DNA of 64,000 bases from Eledone cirrhosa (GCA_964016885.1 OZ024743.1:362700001-362764000); one strand, 5' to 3'; counted from the stretch's first letter, positions 27,290 through 41,744 are shown. Numbers and translations: made by a program. The notes: generated from the sequence alone by a model not told the origin.

Positions 27290-27985
27290 TTGTCTTTTTG
27301 TATTTCATTTTCAAAAAAACCTTATTTCTGAAAGATGACTCAATAGCACTAGCAAAAGAACGGCATTGGACCATTTCTTCGATACAAAACACGAAGGTTA
27401 CATTGTCAGAACTAAGGTGCGTGCTCTAAGAAACGAAATCTGTTCGATAGGGCCACGTGGCAGATGCGCAGAATGGTAACAAAACCACAATTCCGTCTTT
27501 AACGTACCGAGACGGACATGAGCTGAGCGATTCCAGGTAGTTGTGTGAGGCTTTTCACCAGCACTTTGTTCGGCTGTTCGGAGAGAGTGGGGAGACGGAG
27601 ACAGATTCCCTAGTCGGCTACACGAGATGCAAGTCACCCGGTTTGGATGGTCTACCCTACAAGACATGCTAGACTTGTTCTCCGATCTTCTCGAAGCGTT
27701 CTACTGCAACTGGCAGCAGAACAGGAGTTTTTCCAGATCTGTAAGCCGGGGCATAGTGACGCTGATGAGGAAAGACGAAAACAAGAGGGACTCGTTAGAC
27801 AACTTCAGGCCCATAACTCTGCTGATACAGAGTAAAGATTTTGGCTAAGGTGTTAGCAAGGTGTGCACTTGTCGTAGAGGATTTGGTAGGGGAGGCGCAA
27901 ACTTGCGTAATCCCGATCAGGTCCATATACGACTACCTCCACCCCATGCTATACATCATAGAGAGGGTAGGGTCTCAACCTGTCT
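27290..27985 (+). pseudogene. Second, oppositely oriented fragment of the L1/Tx1-like family
   Basis: KSPGLDGLPY, SRGIVTLMRK, DNFRPITLL, QTCVIPIRSIYDYLH. Confidence 0.8.
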
Positions 27986-29462
27986 TCGGTGACCTTCCCC
28001 TAGAAAGATGTCTTAATGAAGACTAGAAGTCTCTCGCGTCACAAAAGAGGAAAATGCATACATACATTCATACATACACACAGGCGCATACAGACTGACA
28101 CACAGACATGCATAAAGATTCCTGTAAAGTGTAGACAAAAAGACCTGTCTTAGACAAATTTCTCATCCTTATTCAGCTACACACGCGCACAAAAGACTTT
28201 CGCAGAACACCCACGTAAACTTAAATGAAGGCCAACACAAATTCAGGGAATTCAAGCAAGTGAAAAGAAAGTTGGCATGAACATTCCATAGGAACAGAGA
28301 ATGATGACATTTTTATAAACTTGTGCAAACAATCAAACGACACGTTTGACAACAGCTACAATAGCCCCCCACCCCTCACACACACATACACACAAATGCA
28401 TAAATTTTGCCAGACGATAATAAATCTAATGTCAGCAGCAATACAAATGGAAATCGGTCTTTTGTAAATGTTTGAAACATTGATATAAATGATTTATTGG
28501 ATTGGACAACTGTTTGACAATATTATATAACCAAATAAAGCACGTCTTTGCCTGAAGCTATCAACCAAGTGCAAGAATGAAAGTAACCTGTAAACTGTAG
28601 ATTCCAAAATTACAGGGAGTTTATATGTATCCCCCCAAAAAAAGAATTAGAAGAGTTGGGTTTTGACGTGGCCGATACGTTAAACGAGATTTCCTTTATC
28701 AGGCTAGATAGGCTACATTCTCGTGTTTAAAACTAAGGATGAGACAAAAGGGCAATCGACATAATGCGACACACACCTTCCCAAAAGATATTACCGCAGT
28801 GCTATTCCATGTGCCCCGTAGTGTTATGTGTCATTTGTGTATAACAAATGAAGAAACTAAAAGCAAAACAAAGAATACAACAGCACAAATATCAACAGCT
28901 ACAGCAGGGTCCAGGGGTTGCTGTTCTCCAGACATCACCGCTACAGGAGAGCATAGGGGTTGCTCTTCTCCAGACATTTCAACTACAATCGGGTGTAGAT
29001 GGAAATGAGCAAGTATGGGAGCTTGCCAAAGACTCTGAGAAGAAAGACCCCCTCCCCCAACACTCAAAGAGAAGGCAAGCTAAGTGTGTGAGAAGGAGTC
29101 GACCCTTCTTCATACGCATAACGAAGGAAGTACTGATGGATAACCCAAAACAAGTACATGATTATTTCAGTGCAGATTGGCGTGGAAATGATTGCTGGTT
29201 ATGTGGTCCATATGAAATACAAGATACAAATACAAACAAACAAAACACACATTTTACGAAGAATACTGCGTAAACGATCACCTGGTCCTTTCTTGCCCGT
29301 CCGACACAAAGACTACCCACGAACTCTTCTGGAATGAAAAGAAATATTGGAAGAGGTTGATCAGATATGTTGGAAGCCCTGAACTCACACGGATGAATGT
29401 TTCGCACTCGTGTGTGGGTGGGTTACAATGTTTGTTTCTTTTTACTTTTAATTCTATCTTCA

Positions 29463-30125
29463 TCTATATTTATATATAATATAAAAGAAAGATGTTTATT
29501 GGTTGGCTGGTTGGTCGAATCTCACGAAAACTACACACACACACATACACACACAGTCACACAAATACATACACACATATCTAAAGAGAGAGACACACAG
29601 AGGGAGAGGCAGAAATAGAGAAATAGGCCGTTATACAGAGAGAAATACGATTAAATTCGATATTCAGAGAGAGCGAGAGAGACGTCCCACAAAAGTATCA
29701 AAAGGTTTTGATACTTTTGATATTGTGTTAGCTTTTATAATATCGTTTTACAGTCTTTGATTTTACAGAACAAAGAAAAATAGATACTATTTGAAATCAA
29801 TCTACTCTCCAGCTTTTATCCATATACTACTTACAGACCGTACTAACGAAGCAACACTTCAGAAGCAATGTTATGCGGTATATTGCTGAAAAAGATCATA
29901 CTGACTATGTTTACTTCACAACATTAAAAATCCAAGACCAATGCTACCATTTAATCGGCAGTTTACTCCCCCAGCCTAATAAGAAGGTTTTATGATTGTT
30001 TTTTTTTTATGTCTTTCTCACACACACGCATTATGATACACCAAACAACACATTCAATAGTCTTTTTCTCTTTTATCCGTCTTCATTTAACTGCTCTCCT
30101 GGGCGAAGCCGGGTACCTCAGCTAG
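29463..30125 (+). mobile_element. Non-autonomous Helitron-like element
   Basis: A|TCtata... start; end cctgggcgaagccggg-tacctcag-CTAG|T (hairpin + CTAG, AT target). Confidence 0.7.
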
Positions 30126-30317
30126 TTTTTTTTTTAATAAATGATTGTGTAATTTTAAAACTCTTAACTTGTCCTAAAATATTGTAAAGTATACTTTCAC
30201 CGACCATGGGTCTTTTAAAATATAATTTTGTTTACATCTCTGTGCATTTTTCTAATCGTTTTACAACTCATGTATTGTATGAATGACCCCAGGTTCCAAA
30301 ATGAAGGAAATTATTAT

Positions 30318-30510
30318 TGGTGGATTGGCAGTATCGATAGAGGGTCGGACGCCATGCTTTCCAGCATAGTTACGTCCCTTTACGATCTGAGTTCAAATCC
30401 CGCCGAGGTTGACTTTGCCTTTCATCCTTACGGGGTCGATAAAATAAAGTACCAGTAATGCACTGGGTAATTGCTGGCCTTGTGCCTAAAGTAGAAACAA
30501 TTATTATTAT
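30318..30510 (+). mobile_element. tRNA-derived SINE
   Basis: Full-length copy. Confidence 0.88.
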
Positions 30511-31857
30511 AAATATGTAAGAAATTATAATTGTTAACTACTTATTATGACATTTTGGCTCAGACGTTTTTCGAACCACCATCCTTCTAATTTGAAATTA
30601 GACTCGCTAGCCAAGTGTTACTAATAATATAATTTTTTTTTATTTCTTTTTTTTTTTTTTTACATTGTAGTTTATCAAGGTTGAAATGAATAATTCCATT
30701 CAGTTTGCGATCTATGACTCACTTTCCACCCAGCTACAACCTGACACAAAAAAACTTTTGACATTTACCGACTTATCTTATCTAGTACTTATACGTGACA
30801 GTCATTATCATTATCTTCTATATTGTTATCTGAAGGTATAAATGGCCAGATGACACAATCACCTATTTGTAACCCACTTGTGTAAACGAATATATGTGAC
30901 TCAACGAGAAAGGTAGTGGTAGGGCTAGGAAGTGACAGCGTGAGAGAATTGGTGAGAAATGAAGAGAAAGTGTGAGACATGGGGAAGGAGAAGGAAAGCG
31001 AATGATAGAGAGTAAAAGGAATAAATAAACCAGGCGAGAGAGATATAGAGAGTGAGTAGGTAGGGAATGTACGAGAGAAGTAACCTGTTAGAACAAGTGT
31101 TGTAGAACTAGAGATGATCATGTATTGAAATGTATATCATGTATCAGGTAAACCATGGCTAAATGTTTAAGATGTTTGCGTTACGGTCATTGGGCTACAT
31201 ATTTGATTCTACAATAGCCTTAGTTCGATCCAAACCTTGTGAGTGAAATTGGATAGGTAGAAACTGAGTAGAAGCTAGACGGATTGATTGTATACGTAAT
31301 TTAAAGGTTCAACCTTGTCACGCGTTACATTGTTTCGGCTTGGGAATTATGTGAAAAGTATATGTTTCTGAGTAATACTCAATCATTTACACGTTGATTC
31401 ACGAGTATTACGTTCTATTTATCGAACAACTGGATGTGCATGGTCGAAATCGATGAAGAATCTATTATTAATACCAATTCACCCTACTTAGAGTATACAT
31501 CTATTTTACTAAAATTTACTTAAATGTTGAGATTTTTTCACTAGTAAAAAGAACAAAACAATACTCGTTGTTCAAATCCCAAGCTGATCAACTTTGTTCT
31601 CCGTCCTTCTTCGGTCGATAAAGCAAAGAATTGGGGAAGCACTGGAGTTAATCTGATAGACTACGCACTCTGTTGTTTTGCGAATTAGCAGCTTCGTTAG
31701 AAGATTGCAATAAATGACTTATGAGATTTGATCTAGTTTTCTGTCCTCTGATGCTCAAATTCCGCCGTCAACTTTATATTTCAACCTTTTGTGGTGATAA
31801 ATGAAGTACCAGTCCATGAGAGTTGAATGGTGGAATTGGTAGAGCGTTGGACCAGAT

Positions 31858-34800
31858 CAGTGGCGAAGAGTAACCTGGAAAGCAGGGTATGCAGTCCAAT
31901 CGCCATGACGGAAAGTGGGGGTGTGCAGCCTTACCCCCCCCCCCCCCCCCAATTCCCTCTAAATGACTCTCCCGGTCAAAACCGCATGTAGTGTTATCTA
32001 GTGTGTGTGTGTGTGTTATCTTTATTTGTGTCTACGATTTAGTAAGCAGTCAAAATTCTGCTTGCTCCAAAGCTGTCGTGTGTGTGTGTGTATGTGTGTT
32101 TGTGTGTATGTGTGTGTGTTATCTTTTTATATGTCTACGATTTAGTAAGCAGTCAAAATTCTGCTTGCTCCAAAGCTGTCGTGTGTTTGTGTGAGTGTGT
32201 GTTTATGTGTATGTGTGCGTGTGTGTGTGTTATCTTTTTATGTGTCTACGATTTAGTAAGCAGTCAAAATTCTGCTTGTTCCAAAGCTGTCGTGTGTGTG
32301 TGTGTATGTGTGTTTGTGTGTATGTGTGTGTGTGTGTGTTATCTTTTTATATGTCTACGATTTAGTAAGCAGTCAAAATTCTGCTTGCTCCAAAGCTGTC
32401 GTGTGTGTGTGTGTATGTGTGTTTGTGTGTATGTGTGTGTGTGTGTGTTATCTTTTTATGTCTACGATTTAGTAAGCAGTCAAAATTCTGCTTGTTCCAA
32501 AGCTGTCGTGTGTGTGTGTGTATGTGTGTTTGTGTGTATGTGTGTGTGTGTGTGTTATCTTTTTATATGTCTACGATTTAGTAAGCAGTCAAAATTCTGC
32601 TTGCTCCAAAGCTGTCGTGTGTGTGTGTGTATGTGTGTTTGTGTGTATGTGTGTGTGTGTGTGTTATCTTTTTATACGTCTACGATTTAGTAAGCAGTCA
32701 AAATTCTGCTTGCTCCAAAGCTGTCGTGTGTTTGTGTGTGTTTGTGTGTATGTGTGTATGTGTGAGTGTGTGTGTGTTATATTTTTATGTGTCTACGATT
32801 TAGTAAGCAGTCAAAATTCTGCTTGCCCCAAAGCTGTCGTGTGTTTGTGTATGTGTATGTGTGTCTGTGTGTGTTATCTTTTTATATGTCTACGATTTAG
32901 TAAGCAGTCAAAATTCTGCTTGCTCCAAAGCTGTCGTGTGTGTGTGTGTGTATGTGTGTTTGTGTGTATGTGTGTATGTGTGTGTGTTATATTTTTATGT
33001 GTCTACGATTTAGTAAGCAGTCAAAATTCTGCTTGCCCCAAAGCTGTCGTGTGTATGTGTGTGTGTGTGTGTCTGTGTGTGTTATCTTTTTATATGTCTA
33101 CGATTTAGTAAGCAGTCAAAATTCTGCTTGCTCCAAAGCTGTCGTGTGTGTGTGTGTGTATGTGTGTTTGTGTGTATGTGTGTGTGTGTGTGTGTTATAT
33201 TTTTATGTGTCTACGATTTAGTAAGCAGTCAAAATTCTGCTTGCTCCAAAGCTGTCGTGTGTTTGTGTGTGTGTGTGTGTTATCTTTTTATGTGTCTACG
33301 ATTTAGTAAGCAGTCAAAATTCTGCTTGCTCCAAAGCTGTCGTGTGAGTGTGTGTGTGTTTGTGTGTATGTGTGTGTGTGTGTGTTATCTTTTTATATGT
33401 CTATGATTTAGTAAGCAGTCAAAATTCTACTTGCTCCAAAGCTGTCGTGTGTTTGTGTGAGTGTGTGTTTATGTGTATGTGTGCGTGTGTGTGTGTTATC
33501 TTTTTATGTGTCTACGATTTAGTAAGCAGTCAAAATTCTGCTTGCCCCAAAGCTGTCGTGTGTGTGTGTGTATGTGTGTGTGTGTCTGTGTGTGTTATCT
33601 TTTTATATGTCTACGATTTAGTAAGCAGTCAAAATTCTGCTTGCTCCAAAGCTGTCGTGTGTGTGTGTGTATGTGTGTTTGTGTGTATGTGTGTGTGTGT
33701 GTGTGTTATATTTTTATGTGTCTACGATTTAGTAAGCAGTCAAAATTCTGCTTGCCCCAAAGCTGTCGTGTGTTTGTGTATGTGTGTGTGTGTCTGTGTG
33801 TGTTATCTTTTTATATGTCTACGATTTAGTAAGCAGTCAAAATTCTGCTTGCTCCAAAGCTGTCGTGTGTTTGTGTGAGTGTGTGTGTGTGTGTGTTATC
33901 TTTTTATGTGTCTACGATTTAGTAAGCAGTCAAAATTCTGCTTGCTCCAAAGCTGTCGTGTGTGTGTGTGTGTGTTTGTGTGTATGTGTGTGTGTGTGTG
34001 TTATCTTTTTATATGTCTATGATTTAGTAAGCAGTCAAAATTCTACTTGCTCCAAAGCTGTTGTGTGTTTGTGTGAGTGTGTGTTTATGTGTATGTGTGC
34101 GTGTGTGTGTGTTATCTTTTTATGTGTCTACGATTTAGTAAGCAGTCAAAATTCTGCTTGCTCCAAAGCTGTCGTGTGTTTGTGTGAGTGTGTGTGTGTG
34201 TGTGTTATCTTTTTATGTGTCTACGATTTAGTAAGCAGTCAAAATTCTGCTTGCTCCAAAGCTGTCGTGTGTGTGTGTGTATGTGTGTTTGTGTGTATGT
34301 GTGTGTGTTATCTTTTTATATGTCTACGATTTAGTAAGCAGTCAAAATTCTGCTTGCTCCAAAGCTGTCGTGTGTTTGTGTGAGTGTGTGTTTATGTGTA
34401 TGTGTGCGTGTGTGTGTGTTATCTTTTTATGTGTCTACGATTTAGTAAGCAGTCAAAATTCTGCTTGTTCCAAAGCTGTCGTGTGTGTGTGTGTATGTGT
34501 GTTTGTGTGTATGTGTGTGTGTGTGTGTTATCTTTTTATATGTCTACGATTTAGTAAGCAGTCAAAATTCTGCTTGCTCCAAAGCTGTCGTGTGTGTGTG
34601 TGTATGTGTGTTTGTGTGTATGTGTGTGTGTGTGTGTTATCTTTTTATGTCTACGATTTAGTAAGCAGTCAAAATTCTGCTTGTTCCAAAGCTGTCGTGT
34701 GTGTGTGTGTATGTGTGTTTGTGTGTATGTGTGTGTGTGTGTGTTATCTTTTTATATGTCTACGATTTAGTAAGCAGTCAAAATTCTGCTTGCTCCAAAG

Positions 34801-36470
34801 CTGTCGTGTGTGTGTGTGTATGTGTGTTTGTGTGTATGTGTGTGTGTGTGTGTTATCTTTTTATACGTCTACGATTTAGTAAGCAGTCAAAATTCTGCTT
34901 GCTCCAAAGCTGTCGTGTGTTTGTGTGTGTTTGTGTGTATGTGTGTATGTGTGAGTGTGTGTGTGTTATATTTTTATGTGTCTACGATTTAGTAAGCAGT
35001 CAAAATTCTGCTTGCCCCAAAGCTGTCGTGTGTTTTTGTATGTGTATGTGTGTCTGTGTGTGTTATCTTTTTATATGTCTACGATTTAGTAAGCAGTCAA
35101 AATTCTGCTTGCTCCAAAGCTGTCGTGTGTGTGTGTGTGTATGTGTGTTTGTGTGTATGTGTGTATGTGTGTGTGTTATATTTTTATGTGTCTACGATTT
35201 AGTAAGCAGTCAAAATTCTGCTTGCCCCAAAGCTGTCGTGTGTATGTGTGTGTGTGTGTGTCTGTGTGTGTTATCTTTTTATATGTCTACGATTTAGTAA
35301 GCAGTCAAAATTCTGCTTGCTCCAAAGCTGTCGTGTGTGTGTGTGTGTATGTGTGTTTGTGTGTATGTGTGTGTGTGTGTGTGTTATATTTTTATGTGTC
35401 TACGATTTAGTAAGCAGTCAAAATTCTGCTTGCTCCAAAGCTGTCGTGTGTTTGTGTGTGTGTGTGTGTTATCTTTTTATGTGTCTACGATTTAGTAAGC
35501 AGTCAAAATTCTGCTTGCTCCAAAGCTGTCGTGTGTGTGTGTGTGTGTTTGTGTGTATGTGTGTGTGTGTGTGTTATCTTTTTATATGTCTATGATTTAG
35601 TAAGCAGTCAAAATTCTACTTGCTCCAAAGCTGTCGTGTGTTTGTGTGAGTGTGTGTTTATGTGTATGTGTGCGTGTGTGTGTGTTATCTTTTTATGTGT
35701 CTACGATTTAGTAAGCAGTCAAAATTCTGCTTGCCCCAAAGCTGTCGTGTGTGTGTGTGTATGTGTGTGTGTGTCTGTGTGTGTTATCTTTTTATATGTC
35801 TACGATTTAGTAAGCAGTCAAAATTCTGCTTGCTCCAAAGCTGTCGTGTGTGTGTGTGTATGTGTGTTTGTGTGTATGTGTGTGTGTGTGTGTGTTATAT
35901 TTTTATGTGTCTACGATTTAGTAAGCAGTCAAAATTCTGCTTGCCCCAAAGCTGTCGTGTGTTTGTGTATGTGTGTGTGTGTCTGTGTGTGTTATCTTTT
36001 TATATGTCTACGATTTAGTAAGCAGTCAAAATTCTGCTTGCTCCAAAGCTGTCGTGTGTTTGTGTGAGTGTGTGTGTGTGTGTGTTATCTTTTTATGTGT
36101 CTACGATTTAGTAAGCAGTCAAAATTCTGCTTGCTCCAAAGCTGTCGTGTGTGTGTGTGTGTGTTTGTGTGTATGTGTGTGTGTGTGTGTTATCTTTTTA
36201 TATGTCTATGATTTAGTAAGCAGTCAAAATTCTACTTGCTCCAAAGCTGTTGTGTGTTTGTGTGAGTGTGTGTTTATGTGTATGTGTGCGTGTGTGTGTG
36301 TTATCTTTTTATGTGTCTACGATTTAGTAAGCAGTCAAAATTCTGCTTGCTCCAAAGCTGTCGTGTGTTTGTGTGAGTGTGTGTTTGTGTGTATGTGTGA
36401 GTGTGTGTGTGTTATCTTTTTATGTGTCTACGATTTAGTAAGCAGTCAAAATTCTGCTTGCTCCAAAGCT

Positions 36471-36504
<34 letters not shown>

Positions 36505-36810
36505 TGTGTATGTGTGTGTGTGTGTGTTATCTTTTTATATGTCTATGATTTAGTAAGCAGTCAAAATTCTGCTTGCTCCAAAGCTGTCATGTGTTTGTGT
36601 GAGTGTGTGTTTGTGTGTATGTGTGAGTGTGTGTGTGTTATCTTTTTATATGTCTACGATTTAGTAAGCAGTCAAAATTCTGCTTGCTCCAAAGCTGTCG
36701 TGTGTTTGTGTGAGTGTGTGTTTGTGTGTATGTGTGAGTGTGTGTGTGTTATCTTTTTATGTGTCTACGATTTAGTAAGCAGTCAAAATTCTGCTTGCTC
36801 CAAAGCTGTC

Positions 36811-36891
<81 letters not shown>

Positions 36892-37019
36892 CCTTTTTTT
36901 TGTCTATACGTTTTAGGTAGCAGCCAAAATTCTGCTTGCTTCAACCGACGCAATTGATCAACTCAAGGTTCTATAACGCATGCACTGCATGCGTTGCATG
37001 CACGGACTCTTCGCCCCTG
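31858..37019. mobile_element. hAT-type MITE with internally expanded satellite
   Basis: TIRs CAGtggcgaagagt / actcttcgcccCTG; 8-bp TSD gaccagat at 31850-31857 and 37020-37027; interrupts a SINE-like head. Confidence 0.88.
32001..36942 (+). repeat. Tandem array: ~47 x (62-bp constant unit + variable (GT)n spacer)
   Basis: Unit ttatctttttat(a/g)tgtctacgatttagtaagcagtcaaaattctgcttgctccaaagctgtc; higher-order period 2189 bp. Confidence 0.97.
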
Positions 37020-37413
37020 GACCAGATGCCATGCGGTATCATACGGTGTCTCATTGTCTTACGACTTTAAGTCCCTATAGTTGCAGTCTGATATTTCAGT
37101 CAAACGTTCTTGTTTTTATTGCCGTTATCGTTGTGGTTGTCGTTGTTATTGGTGATGGTAATGGCAGCTGGGGTGGTGGTAGTAGTGGCTGGAATGGTGG
37201 TGGTGGTGGTCGCGCTGTTGTGCTGCTGCTGCTGATAATGATGATGAAACCATAAAAAAAATGCTTAGATTACAGCCTTTTTTAGGAGGAAAATTAATTG
37301 TCTTATTGATGTATTCTGGTTATGAAATTAATTAGAATGATCTAAAAATAGAATGCAGAGGGAAGTAAATCAGATATATCACGGGACGATTCAAAAATGT
37401 TTCTGTCTCACAC

Positions 37414-37459
<46 letters not shown>

Positions 37460-37849
37460 ATCTGATTAATGCTTTTTTGCTATTTGCGCCGACTATTCGT
37501 GCTTTTATTTCAAATTCTGTGAATTACAGCTTCAACTTTAATCATTTCGAATTATTAAATAAGGTACTAATTCAGTGGATTGGCGGAATTGTTAAAACCT
37601 TGCGGTATCTGTTCCGGCTCTCTGTGTTCTTAGTTCAAATTCCAGTTTCTGTCTTTAGGAAAATTGTAGCGCTTCTAGCAAATGTTACGACCAACGGATA
37701 GTATTAGCAACGAAAAGATCAGTGGGAATAGTTTCTTTGGTCCGATCCAGAAAACCGGTTCCTTATATACACGTGGTTTGTAGAACACTACTCTGAATTA
37801 CTAAGTAGGTCTTCAACAGTTGGCATACGTGTTATTAACGAATTACCCA

Positions 37850-38165
37850 AACTTTTGGTTATAACAGAATTAGATAGCATTCCTCAAAGAGAAGTAATAT
37901 CTTTACAAAAACAGATCTCTATTAAATCGCCTCGAATAGATGAGTTTACTACAGAAAATCTTAATGCTGGGGAAAATAATATGATCATTATGTTTAAGAT
38001 GATTAGACATTTTGGTCTACAGAAACAGTTTCTCTAGATTGGATCGATTCAACCCGTGTATCCCTCGTTAAGAGTGGTACTTGCTGTAATGCTGTAATCT
38101 GTGGAATTTTTCTGCTGTCTATAGTTGGGAACGTCTTAGAATATACCATTTTGGGTCGTCTTTTT
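37850..38165 (+). pseudogene. Old RTE-like RT remnant
   Basis: KSPRIDEFTTENLNAG...GIFLLSIVGNVL..ILGRL resembles the KSPG.D / RGISLLS..GK motifs. Confidence 0.55.
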
Positions 38166-38564
38166 TGTGATTTACTTTGCACCTATACATCAAACTGCTT
38201 TTCAAAACATTGAAAATTAGATATACATACAATACAATTGAGGGTCACATAAAAAAATGTTTGTCCCTAGTAAAACACCTACTTTACGCAGACGATGCAC
38301 ACTGATGTTCAAACACTTATTTCATCCTCTGATGCCAGAGTTGGTGTATTAGGTCTTTATATCAGATAGCACATGGGAAGCCATACATTCCACCAGTCAT
38401 AACTGTAAAGAGCAAAACACTGAGTGTTAGATATGCTGAACATGAACAGGTTGCGTGAAAACAGGATATATGCTCCCTTTCTGAAAATAATGATCATACA
38501 CTTTTCCTTTGTTCACATTGTAATAAGCTATGCATAACAAATGTAGATCTGAAATTCCACTTCA

Positions 38565-39770
38565 GGTCACGAGTTGTTGGTAGCCAAGAGTGGGGTCGGA
38601 GGATAAAGGGCGGTAAAATAGGGTATCACGAAGTTGGCGGAGGGCCTCAGCCTTGTAGAGGTCTACGCTCTATACGACCAAAACGCCACCTTTGTCAACG
38701 GGTTTGATGACAATGTCATCGCGTCGCCGTAGGTTGCGAAGAGTGGAAACCTCAGCCCGTGTAATGCTAGAGCGATGAGAATGCTGGTGAAAACGGAACC
38801 GGTTCACAGTATGTGAGAAAATATCGACAAAAGAGTCGAGGGTGCTGAACTGGCCAGAGCTCGGCGTCCAATGTGATTGTCGATGACTAAGACGAGTGAA
38901 ATCATCCGTCTGTAACGATGATGGCGTATCGTGGAAAAAAGCTTTGAACTTTAGTCGATGGAAGAACCCTTCAATCTCAGCATGTGTGCGGAACCCGTTG
39001 CAGGTTGATGTGGTTGGTATAAAACGCAAACCCCGGGAGAGGAGTGAGCGTTCAGCTTCGGAGAGTGGTAGGTCTTGGGGTATGGTGACAACCGTGGAGG
39101 GATGTGAGGGAGTGGAATTAGCGGAGGGGGAGGGGCTGAGGTGGTTAGGCAAAGCATGTGCAGATTCAGTGGTGGGGAGAGGAAAGGGGGTGGTAGGTGA
39201 CGGGATAGTAAGGTTAGGGTTGGAGGTGAAATGATTATGGGTGGTGATGGCAAGTGGGGAGCGGAGTAAGTGAAGTTTGTTGTTTTTGATGGAAGTGAGG
39301 AAATTGATGAAGAGACGATTGGATAAGGGATTGTGCGAGGAGGGGGTGGCAAGTGGAGGAAACCTCGGGGAATGTGGCGGTGGTGGAGACAGCGACTTAA
39401 AAAATGTGATGTGACTGTTATATTTTGTTTAGGTGAAGATGAAGTTGGAGAGATGCACAGAGGATTGAATGCAAATAGGGCGGATGGAGGAAGCGTTTGA
39501 GAGTGGAATGGAGCTGGCGGAGAAAAAATTTGAGATTGAGCATTTTGAAGGTACTGGGGTGAGAAGAAGAAGGTGGAAGTAAGAAGGGTATAGTGGAGGA
39601 AAGGTGATAGAGAGTCGGGGTATATTTAAATAATGCAAGAAGCAAAGAAAATAGCAGTGATACGAAAAGATTTCCTGATGGAAGTTCTGGTAAACTCTGG
39701 GTGTAGATGCCGTTTCAGAGTGAAAATCCAATTTGACAATCCAACAAATTTTAAAGGTCCATGTAAGGGT

Positions 39771-39849
<79 letters not shown>

Positions 39850-39910
39850 AAAGATAAAGAGAAATAACAACACAAATAACAACACAATCGGTACGGTACA
39901 TGGAAGGAAA
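38565..39910 (-). mobile_element. Penelope-like element 5' fragment (Neptune/Poseidon-type N-terminus)
   Basis: LSEAERSLLSRGLRFIPT, FFHRLKFKAFF, LRRRDDIVIKPVDKGGVLVV; terminal sequence shared with family A. Confidence 0.8.
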
Positions 39911-39953
39911 CACACACATGCACGCGCACACACGCACGCACACACAGACACAA

Positions 39954-40460
<507 letters not shown>

Positions 40461-40547
40461 TTATACTCCAGTCCTATAAACTGTTGAGTGCTACTTATCC
40501 GATATTTGCATTGCTTTATTGTGCCACAATAAAACTCACCTCCTACG

Positions 40548-40625
<78 letters not shown>

Positions 40626-40629
40626 CAAT

Positions 40630-40706
<77 letters not shown>

Positions 40707-40849
40707 AAAATTATATATATATATATACAATAACATTAAAATACTACAACGATTGCATTGCATAAACGTGGATACGCGCGTTTCATTCAATTCGCATGTG
40801 TATGATGAATTAACTTCCGGAGAGTCTCATTACATATAAGAGTTCTAAG

Positions 40850-41420
40850 GGAAGGTAATTAGTAAATCTATAAGTTAGGTGTTAGGGTGTGTAAAGAATC
40901 CCATATGTAATGAGAAACTGCGGAAGTTAATCCATCAAAAACATTACGAATGGAGAACTCTGTGTTCCCTAACACGCTCCTGTGGTTTTAAAGAGAACTG
41001 CCCTCACCAACAGAAATATAATATCAAATCTATTGAGTATACGGAAGAGATTACACAGCAGCACATAACATTCTGAGGTTAGCAAAAGATATGTCGGTGT
41101 AGTGCAAGATCGTTTTAAACAAGGTTTTTACTCGCACCTCAACTTTTTCAGGAATCATGATATAAGTACCAGCACGGCCCTGGCAAAAAGAGCCTGGTAA
41201 TTAAAGAAGAAAGGAGTCCTGCATAAGATTCTTTGGAAGGTACTTGAAATGTCAAGAAATTATACCGATGATACTAAGAGATATTGTCTCTGCCTCAGTG
41301 AAAAATTTAGAATATTACAAGGTTTGTCAACTTCGAACAATATTTTTTTTTAATTCAAAGAAGGACATTTTTAGAGGATGTCTCCATCTCATAGGCCAAC
41401 TCCTTTTCAACTGATTTTAA
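40850..41420 (+). pseudogene. PLE GIY-YIG endonuclease remnant
   Basis: CGFKENCP, KRYVGVVQDRFKQ, STALAK..W, ILWKVL, CLCLSEKFRIL. Confidence 0.7.
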
Positions 41421-41744
41421 ACCACCTTAATATAGATTTATATACTTTCTTAAATTTCTTTTCTTTTTCCACATATACATAAGTACACCTTCTATACTAC
41501 TCAACGACATTCCTTAATAAATATCTCACTACATAATACTATACATCTGCTATATTGCACACACACACAGACTAACACGAGTACACCTACTTTGCAATTT
41601 TAAATTTGAGTTTATGAGTTATTTCCCTTTGTTATACCACGTTTTTTTAAACAAGCGCTCAACATCAAAGTGACGCATGAATAAAAAAAAAAATGTATTC
41701 TATTAGTTTACACAAAGCTAACAAATAGAGAAATTTTTAAAGAA

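Noticed and set aside
28739-29400. Possible gene or LINE C-terminus (CWLCGPYE)
   Set aside because: No recognisable domain or splice support; left unassigned
32001-36942. True CRISPR array
   Set aside because: Spacers are only (GT)n variants, recur periodically, there are no cas genes, the context is eukaryotic, and the array lies within a MITE
31991-36957. Cys/Val-rich ORFs (MCVCV...[16 protein letters not shown])
   Set aside because: Translation of the satellite; frame shifts with spacer length
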